A stretch of 64,000 nucleotides of DNA. Source: Patescibacteria group bacterium (lineage in GTDB: Bacteria > Patescibacteriota > Microgenomatia > UBA1400 > PJMF01). Positions 19,982 through 30,509 of the stretch are shown here, piece after piece. The notes beneath the pieces were generated by a model. It was not told where the DNA came from. It made no database searches and was given only the letters and a program-made list of their open reading frames with translations. The stretch covers positions 991,298 through 1,055,297 of the forward strand of contig BOKR01000001.1 of assembly GCA_016861085.1 (NCBI GenBank), given 5' to 3'. Position 1 is the stretch's first letter; the number at the start of each line of letters is the position of its first letter. Position numbers and translations under genes: made by a program.

Positions 19982-20899
19982 ATGAAAGTATTAGTGACTG
20001 GCGGATGTGGCTTTATTGGTTCACATGTTGTCGATGCATATGTAGATGCTGGTTACGAAGTAATGGTAGCAGATAAAAAAAAGGTGCATACATTTCCGTA
20101 TAAAAATGTTGGGGCTACTTATTTTCAAATTGATCTAACAGATTCAAAAAAAGTTTCTGAACTAATTAATGAGATTGAACCTGATGTTATAAATCATCAT
20201 GCTGCCAATATTTCATTATCCAAATCGATAGAAAAACCGCTATACGATGCAAAAAATAATACAACTGCCATAATCAATTTGCTCGAATCTGCAAGAAAAT
20301 TTGGAGTTCAAAAATTTATCTTTGCATCCTCAGCTGGCGCCTTGTACTCAAAAGACTCCAAACTTCCCTTCACCGAAAAAACACCAACAAATCCCATTTC
20401 ACCGTATGGTGTCTCAAAGTTAGCAAGCGAACACTATATCAAGGTCTACGCAAGTTTATATGGACTTAAATATGTGATTTTGAGGTATTCCAATGTCTAT
20501 GGACCAAGGCAAAACAGTAAATTGAAACCTGTTGTATCAGTCTTTATTGAAAGCCTGATACAAGACAAACAGCCAACTATACACAATAAGGGGGATCAAA
20601 CTAGAGACTTTTTGTATGTTGAGGATATAAAAAGCGCAAACGTTCTTGCACTTAACTATAATGAAAATGAATGTTTTAATATAGCCTCAGAAACTGAAAA
20701 CAGCATTTGGGAAACATACAAAATAATCGAGAGAATACTCAAGAAAAACCTTGAACCAAAGTTCAGGGAAAAAATGGTTAAAGAGCAACACAGAAGTTAC
20801 ATTTCCAATAAAAAAGCAAAGAAAAAATTAGGTTGGAAACCAAGGCATACTTTGAGAAATGGACTGATCAAAACAATAGAATGGTATGAAAAAAATTAA
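19982..20899 (+). CDS. NAD-dependent epimerase/dehydratase (UDP-glucose 4-epimerase-like)
   Basis: TGGCGFIGSH, SPYGVSK (YxxxK), NVYGPRQ, QTRDFLYV. Confidence 0.93.
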   Translation: MKVLVTGGCGFIGSHVVDAYVDAGYEVMVADKKKVHTFPYKNVGATYFQIDLTDSKKVSELINEIEPDVINHHAANISLSKSIEKPLYDAKNNTTAIINLLESARKFGVQKFIFASSAGALYSKDSKLPFTEKTPTNPISPYGVSKLASEHYIKVYASLYGLKYVILRYSNVYGPRQNSKLKPVVSVFIESLIQDKQPTIHNKGDQTRDFLYVEDIKSANVLALNYNENECFNIASETENSIWETYKIIERILKKNLEPKFREKMVKEQHRSYISNKKAKKKLGWKPRHTLRNGLIKTIEWYEKN

Positions 20900-22220
20900 T
20901 AGTGTTTCCTACATTTTCCCCGTTCATAACGAATCTGAATTTCTAGAAAAACAAATAGATGCTTTTTTAGAGCAAATAAAAAAATACCGATTACCAATCA
21001 CTGATATTATTCTAGTAGAAAATGGAAGTTCAGACGATTCTTGGCAAATCTGTAAAAAATTAGCGAAGAAAAATAAAAAAATAATTGCCAAGAGAATCTG
21101 TGTTGGATCTTATGGTCTGGCTGTTAAGCATGGTCTTTTGTGTTCTCAATCAGATACCCTCGTCTTATTAAATGTCGATTTTTTCGACGTTAAGTTTATT
21201 CACAAAGCGCTTTTCTTACCCGAACCATACGAAGTCGTCAACGGCTCGAAACTTCATCCGGAAAGTAACGATACTAGAGTTATCTTAGATAAACTCAGAA
21301 CAAAATCTTTCAATTTTTTTCTCAATCATTTTTTTAAATATTCCGGAACTGATACACACGGAATAAAAGTATTCAAGAATACAAAAAAGTTACAGCAAGC
21401 AATTAATGCTACAGTAACGAAACATGAACTATTTGATACTGAACTGCTGTACCGTATGATGGGTTCTGTTACTGAATTACCTGTTACGATTCATGAGCTC
21501 AGACCAACTCGATACTCCAGCATTAAAAGGGCTAAAAGAACTTTGATCGATGTGGTCAGACTACTTTCCTATCTTCTCTTCTCAAAAAAAACTATACCTA
21601 AAAACTTGTTAAGAGTTGCTGATGATTATGGCCTCAATCCTGTTATTAGTCGAGCAATTGTTGACCTCTACGAAAGTAAGCAAATTGATGTTATTTCTGT
21701 TCTGCCTAATATGGTTACGGAAAGTGAACTTCTTACGTTAAAAAAAAGGGTAAAAAATAGTCGAATAGCTGTTCATCTTAATTTGGTTAGAGGGAAACCA
21801 GTTACAAATCCTAATCAAATCAGCTCACTGGTTACAAAAAAACGAGAGTTTTATTCACTCCCTAAATTTCTGTTGAGGTTAATTCTTAGAAAAATTAACC
21901 TCTCTGAAGTAAAAACTGAGTTGCAAAACCAAATTGAATCTCTTAACAAAGTTGGTATACGTCCGAATTACATTAATTCAGAGCAACACACACATGTACT
22001 TGCTCCAATTTATAACATCGTTGCCAAACTAGCAAAGAAAAACAAAATTAGATATATTCGTAACACATGTGATATAACAAATTACCTGTCATGGAGGATT
22101 CATAAACGCATCATATTCATGATGATTACTTTTATACTCGAGCTACTATACTCAAGTGTTGTGTCAAAAAATCGAGTAGTAAAAGAAATAATCTGTCACC
22201 CAGGATCAAACTATGACTGA
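20886..22220 (+). CDS. GT2 (DPM/DPG-synthase-like) fused to a YdjC/ChbG/HpnK-like deacetylase domain
   Basis: FPVHNE, ENGSSDDS, TDTHGIK; C-terminal ADDYG, HLNL, SEQHTH, ICHPG. Confidence 0.8.
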   Translation: MKKINSVSYIFPVHNESEFLEKQIDAFLEQIKKYRLPITDIILVENGSSDDSWQICKKLAKKNKKIIAKRICVGSYGLAVKHGLLCSQSDTLVLLNVDFFDVKFIHKALFLPEPYEVVNGSKLHPESNDTRVILDKLRTKSFNFFLNHFFKYSGTDTHGIKVFKNTKKLQQAINATVTKHELFDTELLYRMMGSVTELPVTIHELRPTRYSSIKRAKRTLIDVVRLLSYLLFSKKTIPKNLLRVADDYGLNPVISRAIVDLYESKQIDVISVLPNMVTESELLTLKKRVKNSRIAVHLNLVRGKPVTNPNQISSLVTKKREFYSLPKFLLRLILRKINLSEVKTELQNQIESLNKVGIRPNYINSEQHTHVLAPIYNIVAKLAKKNKIRYIRNTCDITNYLSWRIHKRIIFMMITFILELLYSSVVSKNRVVKEIICHPGSNYD

Positions 22221-22830
22221 TATAACAATACACAGATATTACCATTCAAGAAGTAAACGAATACTGGACTTTTTTCTTGCTCTTAGCTTACTTACACTAC
22301 TCTCACCACTCATTGTCTGCCTTTGTTGTAGTACAGGAATAGTTGGTGGAAAGCCAGTTGTCTACAAACAAATGAGACTTGGTAAAAACAAAAAGCCATT
22401 TATTTTATATAAAATTAGAACTATGAAAAAAGGAGCATCAGTATTGCAACAAAAACTCAAAGACCTAAATGAGGCTCCCTATCCTATGTTCAAAATAGCA
22501 AATGATCCTAGATTTACGAGAATAGGTAAGTACCTTTCTCGCTTGGGCTTAGATGAAATACCTCAAATAATCAATATCATTAAAGGAGAAATGAGTTTTA
22601 TTGGACCTCGTCCTCTTCCTATTTACGAAGCTAGTCAGCTTGATGATACCTGGGACTTTAGGTACAAAGTAAAACCAGGAATCCTTTCAACATGGGCACT
22701 TTCTCCTAAAAGGCATGATTCACTTGCTGAGTGGAAAAAACTTGAGATAAGTGGACTGCAATGTGCATCGATTGCAAATGACATACGACTGATCATTAGA
22801 TCAGTTAAAACAGTAATCTTTAGACATTAA
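22213..22830 (+). CDS. Priming polyprenyl-phosphate sugar (phosphoglycosyl) transferase
   Basis: KRILD, KIRTM, DPRFT, LDEIPQ, GEMSFIGPRP, VKPG. Confidence 0.93.
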   Translation: MTDITIHRYYHSRSKRILDFFLALSLLTLLSPLIVCLCCSTGIVGGKPVVYKQMRLGKNKKPFILYKIRTMKKGASVLQQKLKDLNEAPYPMFKIANDPRFTRIGKYLSRLGLDEIPQIINIIKGEMSFIGPRPLPIYEASQLDDTWDFRYKVKPGILSTWALSPKRHDSLAEWKKLEISGLQCASIANDIRLIIRSVKTVIFRH

Positions 22831-25031
22831 CGAGGTACTCTTCCATCGTATAAGTATTCCTGAATTACTTTTGCTTTTTCTTTTTCACCTCTGGAGAATA
22901 AAGTATTCATTAATTTATACTGATATTCCTTTTCAATTAAGTTTGGTTCATCGACAGATTGTATATACTTGTTCCAAAAATCATACCACCACAATATGTA
23001 CGGCTGACCCTCTTCTTGAGTTGAACGTTTCATATGAGTATATATCTCACTCGAAATAATAAACCACAAATCATTTTCTGATATAAAAGTCAGATATACT
23101 TTTAAGTCCTGCATCTCAACAAATAAAATGTCTTTAATAACTCTTTTTTCAAACCACTGAATAAATGTCTCGTAATTTTTTCCAAAAGATGTTTTATCTG
23201 CCTCACTAAGCTTTAGTAAAATCCCCACATCTTTTATCGTTATAGATTCTTGATTAATAAAATATGGTTCTGATAAATGGAAAGTCCATTTCTCCACCTG
23301 AAGCACCTCGTTGTAATACTTTCCTGCAGTCTGAGGGTCACCAATATTCAAATGGTAATTTGCCGACTGATTCAGATAACTTGCAACGTTTTCTTTTACC
23401 TCATAACGAAAAACATATCCTTTACTCTGAGCTTCGTTAATTAATCTCAACCCATTGATTGCTGTTATTCCTAACTCCTCGAACATCTGTTCTGATTCAA
23501 GTAACTTCATGTAATCAGTGTTAATAGTTGTCCAAGGAGAAATGGAAACTAACTTTTGATATAGAGCTATTTTTTTTCTTTGATCGTTAATTTTTTCCAA
23601 AAACAAAAAAAGAATGTCTGGGTCATTTTTGTGTATCTCCATCATTTTGCTAATATTCGTCTCGTTTAGGCTGTTATCATTTATAATCTCTTTTGCTTGA
23701 TAGCGAGAATATGGGAAAAACCCAACCAATAAATTTGCCTGGCTATCTGCTAAAAGGGCTTTTGACAAAATAAGAACCATACCTAGGGTCACAATCATCA
23801 ACGCAGTAATTGCCCAAAACAAAGTTATTAATTTGACAAGCCTTATGTTTTTTGATTCTGAACTTTGTAAAAAACCAGCAGCAAATAAAAGTGATAACTG
23901 AAAAATAAAAAAAGTATTCCAATCAAAATCTAAGAGTGAGTTTGCAAAAATCAGGATGAAACCTATGGCTAGATAGTATTCTATGCTTCTAGTTCGGTTT
24001 GATATCACTGTTGTCACTGCACGAAGAAAGATGGAAACTAATAAAATCAGAACTACAGTTCCGGCTACAATACCTGATTCAGAAAAAGTTTGAAGGAAAA
24101 AATTGTGTGCATAAATAGAGCCATGCTGCCCTATTTGACTATATTTTTTTGTTATCAAAGAAAAAGTTCCTGGCCCATATCCAAATAGTGGATAATCAAA
24201 AAAAGAATAAACCGCCTGTTTAAAGTACTCTGGTCTGATCTCTTTCACAACTGGTTTACATAGCTGCTGTTTGAATTCAACTGTTTTACAATTATCTGAA
24301 CTGAAAGAAACAAAAAACAAACCAGGAATGACTATCAAAAATAGTGATAAAAGAAATAACTTCAAACCCTTATTTTCAACAAAATTCTTACTCAACAAAA
24401 AAGGAAGACTTAAGAAAGACAATATGATAGCGAGTCTACCAAAAGTAAACAAGAGCAAAGTATAAAATAACATGACCAAAAAAAACTTAAACCTAAATAG
24501 CTCTGAGTATCTTGAATAGTTAAACCACCACACGATTGGTAAAACCAGTAGTAAGATCGCTGCAAAATGGCTATGTCCATATGAAAGCGTTAGAAGGTTT
24601 AATGTTGGTAAAAAAGCAGAGAGCGATGGAAACACAAACAAAAGAATGAAAAAGAAACTAAGCACAAACAAAATCAGCAAAACTGCCAGAAAAATATGTT
24701 CTTTCTCAATCTTTCTGGAGTGAAACGCGCTATAAAAAAAACTAAACACTAAAAATGATGCTATATAAAGTGTAACGTTCTCTAATGAAAGAGAAAAACT
24801 ATGTGAAAAAAATAAGGATATTACTACCAATGGTATCGATAAGAAGAAAAAAAATGATAGTTTTTCATCAAGAATGATCTTCAACTTTAAAAGAAAAAAA
24901 CTAATCAAAAGAAACAGTATGTATGCCGAAACAACAATTAACTCGTAGCTCGTAGCAAATGAAAAAACTAGCAGTATCTGAAAAATGGAGAAAAATAGTA
25001 AAAAAATACTCCATCTCAATGATAGAATCAT
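22827..25031 (-). CDS. O-antigen ligase-like (Wzy_C) membrane protein with C-terminal helical/TPR-like domain
   Basis: TFGR, PLFGYGPGTF, YAHNFFLQTFSESGIV; start moved to MILSLRW. Confidence 0.85.
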   Translation of the reverse strand: MILSLRWSIFLLFFSIFQILLVFSFATSYELIVVSAYILFLLISFFLLKLKIILDEKLSFFFFLSIPLVVISLFFSHSFSLSLENVTLYIASFLVFSFFYSAFHSRKIEKEHIFLAVLLILFVLSFFFILLFVFPSLSAFLPTLNLLTLSYGHSHFAAILLLVLPIVWWFNYSRYSELFRFKFFLVMLFYTLLLFTFGRLAIILSFLSLPFLLSKNFVENKGLKLFLLSLFLIVIPGLFFVSFSSDNCKTVEFKQQLCKPVVKEIRPEYFKQAVYSFFDYPLFGYGPGTFSLITKKYSQIGQHGSIYAHNFFLQTFSESGIVAGTVVLILLVSIFLRAVTTVISNRTRSIEYYLAIGFILIFANSLLDFDWNTFFIFQLSLLFAAGFLQSSESKNIRLVKLITLFWAITALMIVTLGMVLILSKALLADSQANLLVGFFPYSRYQAKEIINDNSLNETNISKMMEIHKNDPDILFLFLEKINDQRKKIALYQKLVSISPWTTINTDYMKLLESEQMFEELGITAINGLRLINEAQSKGYVFRYEVKENVASYLNQSANYHLNIGDPQTAGKYYNEVLQVEKWTFHLSEPYFINQESITIKDVGILLKLSEADKTSFGKNYETFIQWFEKRVIKDILFVEMQDLKVYLTFISENDLWFIISSEIYTHMKRSTQEEGQPYILWWYDFWNKYIQSVDEPNLIEKEYQYKLMNTLFSRGEKEKAKVIQEYLYDGRVPR

Positions 25032-25069
25032 ATCTGTAATGGTAGCATAAAAACCATTCTTGGATTTAG

Positions 25070-26083
25070 ATGAAAAATATAGCAATCATACATGACAGTT
25101 ACCTTCACGTAGGTGGTGCAGAAAAAGTACTGAAATATTTTGTTTCGGCATATCCAAAAGCTGATATATATATTCCACTTTTGAAAAAAAAATATTCTGG
25201 AGAAACAAAAACAACGGGTAGAATCTATACTTCCATTTTGAGCGAGCTGCCATTTGTAGAAAAATATGCGAGTATATTAAAACCACTTGTTTTACTCTAC
25301 TGGGAAACCCTTAACTTGAAGAAATATGATTTAATCATTTCTTCCTCACATTCCTTTTCATCAAAATCAGTCAATAAATCAAAACATGCAAAACATGTTT
25401 CATACATACATACACCTCCAAAATATTTATATAGTGAACTTAATGAGATGAATTGGATAAAAAAGTTGCCTTTCAGTGTGTTATTTTGGCCACTCTTCTT
25501 TTTATTAAGAAAATATGATTATTACTCCGCCCAAAAACCAGATTTGCTAATAGCTAACTCTAAAAACGTACAAAGTAGAATAAAAAAATATTATAACCGC
25601 AATAGCATTGTTATCTACCCTCCCCATACCGTAGCTCCCGTCGACTTTAAAAAGCGAAAAGGAAAATACTATCTCTTCTTTTCTAGATTAGAAAAACAAA
25701 AGGGAGCTGAGTTAGTAATTAGAACTTGTTCGCAATATAAACTGCCGCTTGTTGTTATCGGAACTGGAAGTCAGGAAAAATATCTAAAAAAAATAGCTAG
25801 CAAAAATATCGAATTTACGGGATTCATAACTGAGGAAGAAAAGGTACTTATCTTTGCTGAAGCAAAAGCATTGTTATATGCCGCAATTGATGAAGACTAT
25901 GGTTTAGTTATTCCAGAAGTTCTCTCCTACGGAATTCCCGTTATCGCATATGATTCCGGCTCAATAAGAGAAATTCAATCAAAACAAACGAGTAAAAATG
26001 AGATATTATTGTTTTCAGAGTATAACTGTTCCTCATTAGTCCATGCAATTCACGAGCATAAAAAAATATATAAAGATATTTAG
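25070..26083 (+). CDS. GT4 glycosyltransferase
   Basis: GGAEKV, YIHTPPKYLY, SRLEKQKG, EDYGLVIPE. Confidence 0.92.
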   Translation: MKNIAIIHDSYLHVGGAEKVLKYFVSAYPKADIYIPLLKKKYSGETKTTGRIYTSILSELPFVEKYASILKPLVLLYWETLNLKKYDLIISSSHSFSSKSVNKSKHAKHVSYIHTPPKYLYSELNEMNWIKKLPFSVLFWPLFFLLRKYDYYSAQKPDLLIANSKNVQSRIKKYYNRNSIVIYPPHTVAPVDFKKRKGKYYLFFSRLEKQKGAELVIRTCSQYKLPLVVIGTGSQEKYLKKIASKNIEFTGFITEEEKVLIFAEAKALLYAAIDEDYGLVIPEVLSYGIPVIAYDSGSIREIQSKQTSKNEILLFSEYNCSSLVHAIHEHKKIYKDI

Positions 26084-27488
26084 AAATAGAAACAAATTCC
26101 TTTATTTTGAGTTGTCGTTTCTTATTGCTGTTTTTTTTCTAGCATTTTTTCTCAGATCAAAAAATACTTTGGATTCTCCGATATGGTTTGACGAAGCAAT
26201 CTCGGTCATACTCCCAAAAACACTAACCTACAAAGAACTTTTTCTTATGCAACATTGGGATAAGGCACATCCACCACTATTTTATATTTTCTCTAAGTTT
26301 TTTCTCTCTTTCATTGGGTCTATAGAAATAAACATTCTTAGAATTCCCAGCATTTTTTTTAGCTCACTTGCAGTTATACCTCTCTATTACATTAGCAAAA
26401 TCATTGTTAAAACCAAATTAAGTTTGTTTGTGCCGATCTGGTATTCAATGCATCCAACAGTTATTTTATACGGATATTCATTTAGAGGTTATGGTTTTTT
26501 GCAATTTGCATACCCTCTTGTCGTTCTACTCTATATTAAAGACAGAAAAAAATATACAAAAACAATATTAAAGTTCATTGCTTTTTTACTTCTCTGGAAC
26601 TATGCAACCATATGGCTGATAACTGGCCTCACTTTGCATCAACTTGTTTTAAAGAGAGGTAGAATATTTATGGAATTACCTGTATTCATTAGAAAAAACT
26701 ATCTTATTCTAGTCGTAATACTATTAGAACTATTGTTCTATTTCATACCTAGTATCCGTTCTGGATTTAACCTCAATAGGCATCTGTCTGAGAATATTTA
26801 CCCTTTCATTTATTCACTCTTGGGTTTAGAAGGAGAACTGCACTCGTTAACCTATCATATGGGTAAAACTAGATTTGATGCAGTGTTGCTAGTACCTAGT
26901 TTCATCGTACTCTGTGCAAACTTATCATACTCATTAGCAACAAAGATGAAAAAGTATCTGATAATTTTGTTCCTAGTTATCTCATCCATATTGATCGCCT
27001 ATGTTACTTCGATCACATATCAACCTATACTATCGCTAACCAACCAAACTTTATCCCTGATATTATTTCCTCTCTTGTTCACTCCAATTTTGAACTCAAA
27101 AATCTTAGGGCCTATATATGCAGTCATCATAACAGTTGTTATGTACCTCGGATACATGAACATCTATTCATTCACCTTTGACCCATTGGTCTTTATCGAT
27201 CAACAAGCGAAAAATGAATTGAGTAAATCAAGAGGTGAAATTTATTTTATTTCTGATGCGAATGAAAGCACTTCTGGAACAGCATTTAAATATATTTGTC
27301 TTAAAACTTTTGACCAAATTAAGCCCTTTAGATTGTCACATATTGATACCATTTCACCTCTAACTGATAGGTTTATATATTCTGAAAATCTGGACCAAAA
27401 ATATGAAGATTACATCAAAAAGTATTGTTTTGTTGATCGTTTTGAAACTATCAAAAAACAGACAATATACTTTTGTCCAGGGAAATAA
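26043..27488 (+). CDS. GT-C fold (PMT/ArnT-like) membrane glycosyltransferase
   Basis: IWFDEA, HPPLFY, LRIPS, RGYG; multiple TMs. Confidence 0.82.
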   Translation: MQFTSIKKYIKIFRNRNKFLYFELSFLIAVFFLAFFLRSKNTLDSPIWFDEAISVILPKTLTYKELFLMQHWDKAHPPLFYIFSKFFLSFIGSIEINILRIPSIFFSSLAVIPLYYISKIIVKTKLSLFVPIWYSMHPTVILYGYSFRGYGFLQFAYPLVVLLYIKDRKKYTKTILKFIAFLLLWNYATIWLITGLTLHQLVLKRGRIFMELPVFIRKNYLILVVILLELLFYFIPSIRSGFNLNRHLSENIYPFIYSLLGLEGELHSLTYHMGKTRFDAVLLVPSFIVLCANLSYSLATKMKKYLIILFLVISSILIAYVTSITYQPILSLTNQTLSLILFPLLFTPILNSKILGPIYAVIITVVMYLGYMNIYSFTFDPLVFIDQQAKNELSKSRGEIYFISDANESTSGTAFKYICLKTFDQIKPFRLSHIDTISPLTDRFIYSENLDQKYEDYIKKYCFVDRFETIKKQTIYFCPGK

Positions 27489-27498
27489 TTTGTACAGT

Positions 27499-28971
27499 AT
27501 GTATATAAAAACTCTAAATGCGCTCACAAAATCAGAATGGCTAATTCTTTTTTTCACTTTCTTTTTTGCACTTTTACTAAGGATCAAATACTCAACAATC
27601 ACCGACGTTTGGCTTGATGAAACAACCGTATATACTCTCGCTGCAACATATTCTTACAGAAACCTGTTTTTTATAAATCATTGGGATGCTGCACACCCCC
27701 CATTGTTATATCTGTTTGTTAAGCTCCTGATTGATATTTTTGGTATACAACAAGCATCTATTCATAGCATTAGAATCTTACAAATATTTTTTAGTTCACT
27801 TGCTGTGTTTCCAATATATGTTATTGCGAAAAAACTAATTAAAAATGCGACAGCGTTTTTTGTACCTGTTTTTTACTCAGTAAATATTTTCCAAATATAC
27901 TGGGGTGCTACCATGAGACCGTACGGTGTATTGCAGTTCTTCCTACCAGTGGCACTGGTGACATTTTTCAAAAATAGTTGGAACACTAAACGGAAAATAA
28001 TACTTTGCAATATACTCTTTATTTTTTTGTTCTTTTGGGACTACTCGACTATATGGTTTTTCGTTACCTTCTACCTCTATCACTTACTAGCTTTCGGTAT
28101 AAGAGCGTTATTTAAAAAAATATATGATACTAAGATTTTCTTACTGTCTGTACTGTTATGGTTTCCAGTTTTTGTGAAAGGTTTTTCTCAAGCTATTAAC
28201 CTAGAGGCCTATCTCAATGTCAGTCTTCTAACTCTTAAATTCGCTATAGCTGAGTTTTACGGAGTCCAAACAATCTTTAATGCGAACGATTTTTTCTACG
28301 GTATTGTCATCGTTTTAATCGTTTCTGCAATTGCCTTTATCGTCAAAAAAAAGAAAACAATGTATTTTATTTTGATAGGTATCATTGTTCCAATAGTTAC
28401 TTCGTTTTTATACTCCATTTACTTAAATCCGATCTTTGTACCACCAAACCTTATTTTTTCTGCAATTCTTTTCCTCTACTTCCCGTTACTTTTTACACCA
28501 AAAAAACTGATAGTTGCAGTAGTGTGCGTGTATCTACTTTTTGTTATGCTTTCTAATACAAATGCTCTGTTTACCACTTCAAAATTCCAATCAAGAAAGA
28601 TAATTTCACATTTTGACATTTCAAAGGAGATGAATACTGAACAAAACAAAATAGCTTTCATTTCTAGAGAATCAGAAAGTGAGTTGGGTGCCCCTATTGA
28701 ATACTTTTTGTTACAAAATGGCTTTATACCAGCACAGGACAAGAACCATCATTTTTCACTGAAAAATAAGTCTTATATAGTAAGCGTAAAAAAATTTTGG
28801 GAAATCACTGATAGTAATACAGAAAACCTCTTTTTTGTAACCGATAGAGTTGAAAAACCGTATTCACAAGAAGATCTTAAAAAGATAATAACTGTTTGCC
28901 CGCTAATGGAGTTCGTGCCGGTGTTTGAGATTAATCAGCAAACGAATCCACACTTATATAAATGTATGTAA
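27499..28971 (+). CDS. GT-C fold (PMT/ArnT-like) membrane glycosyltransferase, paralog of the preceding gene
   Basis: VWLDET, HWDAAHPPLLY, MRPYG; start moved to MYIKT. Confidence 0.82.
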   Translation: MYIKTLNALTKSEWLILFFTFFFALLLRIKYSTITDVWLDETTVYTLAATYSYRNLFFINHWDAAHPPLLYLFVKLLIDIFGIQQASIHSIRILQIFFSSLAVFPIYVIAKKLIKNATAFFVPVFYSVNIFQIYWGATMRPYGVLQFFLPVALVTFFKNSWNTKRKIILCNILFIFLFFWDYSTIWFFVTFYLYHLLAFGIRALFKKIYDTKIFLLSVLLWFPVFVKGFSQAINLEAYLNVSLLTLKFAIAEFYGVQTIFNANDFFYGIVIVLIVSAIAFIVKKKKTMYFILIGIIVPIVTSFLYSIYLNPIFVPPNLIFSAILFLYFPLLFTPKKLIVAVVCVYLLFVMLSNTNALFTTSKFQSRKIISHFDISKEMNTEQNKIAFISRESESELGAPIEYFLLQNGFIPAQDKNHHFSLKNKSYIVSVKKFWEITDSNTENLFFVTDRVEKPYSQEDLKKIITVCPLMEFVPVFEINQQTNPHLYKCM

Positions 28972-28996
28972 AAACATATAATTAACTGAAGTACAT

Positions 28997-30475
28997 ATGC
29001 AAACCAAAGTAGCTGTTTTAGTTTTGTTGTTTGTTGTTTCTATTAGCCTTTTTTTTAGAACCTACAATGTTGAGAATACTACGAGAGTATTCAGCGATTC
29101 TGGCAGGGATTTTCTTGTTGCTAAAAAAATAGCCGAAGGATCTGCCCCATATAATCCATATTTAGCTTCATCATCTGGTTTTGAAAGCACTCCTATCTAT
29201 TATTGGGTTATTGCTTTTTTTTGGTCGATTGGAAGATCAATCGAAAACACTATAACTATTTATTCCGTGACTTTAGCTATAGCTACACCACTTATATTTT
29301 ATTTAATTGGAAAGGAAATTCATTCAAAAGAGCTCGGATTGTTCCTTGCTTTTTATTCCTCAATTCAACCATATTTTGTTGGTTTATCTAGGTGGATCTG
29401 GCAACCAAATGTGTTGATATTACTAATTCCAACGTTGTATTTATTTTTTTTATACAACAAAAAAGTTTTACTAAGAAAGAACCAACACAAGGAAAAATTT
29501 ATTCATATTTTTTTACTATTTCTCATACTAAATTTGAATATTCATATTCACTTCTCTTCGATAGTCTGCGTTTCTTTTCTGATCTCAATATTGATATATG
29601 AATTGCTAAAAAATAAGAAAATACTACTCGCTATCTCAGTAGGTTTAGGTTTTATTTCTTCGGTGTTAATTAGAGCGATAGTTGTCAATATTGCAACCCC
29701 AACAATCTTTGGTGTTGGCCTAAGTTTAAATCAAATGCTCATAAACTATAAACAAATTATTGGATCTTATGACAAAACTATTTTCTTAAATGAATGGTCA
29801 GAAAAACCTTCATTTTTCCCAAACATGATTCTTTTATTAGTTTTTCTTTCTATTTATTCATTTAAGAAACATAAAAAGTTGCCAAACCAGCTTATTACCT
29901 TACTAATAGGGTCACTACTCTCATTCATAACAGTAGTTTACCCAAAAACCGTGTATACCTACTTCTACATACCCCAGCTAGTACTTTTTCATATTCTTTT
30001 TGGAAGCATTCTGTACTTTTTTATGAAAATTAAGATTCAAATTTGTAGCAAGTTTTGTTTTGCACTAATCACAATAATTATATGTGGTTACTATATTGCT
30101 CACACCTATCAAATAATACACACAACCAACGAAATCAAAATCTCACAAATACTTTCGTTGGAGATTTACAAAGATTATAATACCAACCATCTCAGTATAT
30201 TTAGCATTGATTTTGTACCAAACAATTATGGACAAACAGACCATCAAAGTACATTTGACGCTATTTTGTGGCTACAAATGGAGTCCTTAATGAAAACTCA
30301 ACTCGTAAAAATTGGCACAACGTCACCTACAATAATCGAACCAAACAACCCCAAAATCACGTATTATGTTTTAGGCAACTCAGACCTAGTAGTACCACAA
30401 AAAAATACTGTGAAGATATTCGAACGAAAAATAGAGGGCGATACTTACTCAATTTATAAAGAATTAGCACTGTAA
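28997..30475 (+). CDS. GT-C fold membrane glycosyltransferase
   Basis: FSDSGRD, PIYYW, SRWIWQPN; multiple TMs. Confidence 0.75.
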   Translation: MQTKVAVLVLLFVVSISLFFRTYNVENTTRVFSDSGRDFLVAKKIAEGSAPYNPYLASSSGFESTPIYYWVIAFFWSIGRSIENTITIYSVTLAIATPLIFYLIGKEIHSKELGLFLAFYSSIQPYFVGLSRWIWQPNVLILLIPTLYLFFLYNKKVLLRKNQHKEKFIHIFLLFLILNLNIHIHFSSIVCVSFLISILIYELLKNKKILLAISVGLGFISSVLIRAIVVNIATPTIFGVGLSLNQMLINYKQIIGSYDKTIFLNEWSEKPSFFPNMILLLVFLSIYSFKKHKKLPNQLITLLIGSLLSFITVVYPKTVYTYFYIPQLVLFHILFGSILYFFMKIKIQICSKFCFALITIIICGYYIAHTYQIIHTTNEIKISQILSLEIYKDYNTNHLSIFSIDFVPNNYGQTDHQSTFDAILWLQMESLMKTQLVKIGTTSPTIIEPNNPKITYYVLGNSDLVVPQKNTVKIFERKIEGDTYSIYKELAL

Positions 30476-30509
30476 TAAAATTAGAAAACGGGTAGAATTC
30501 TGATGTACT

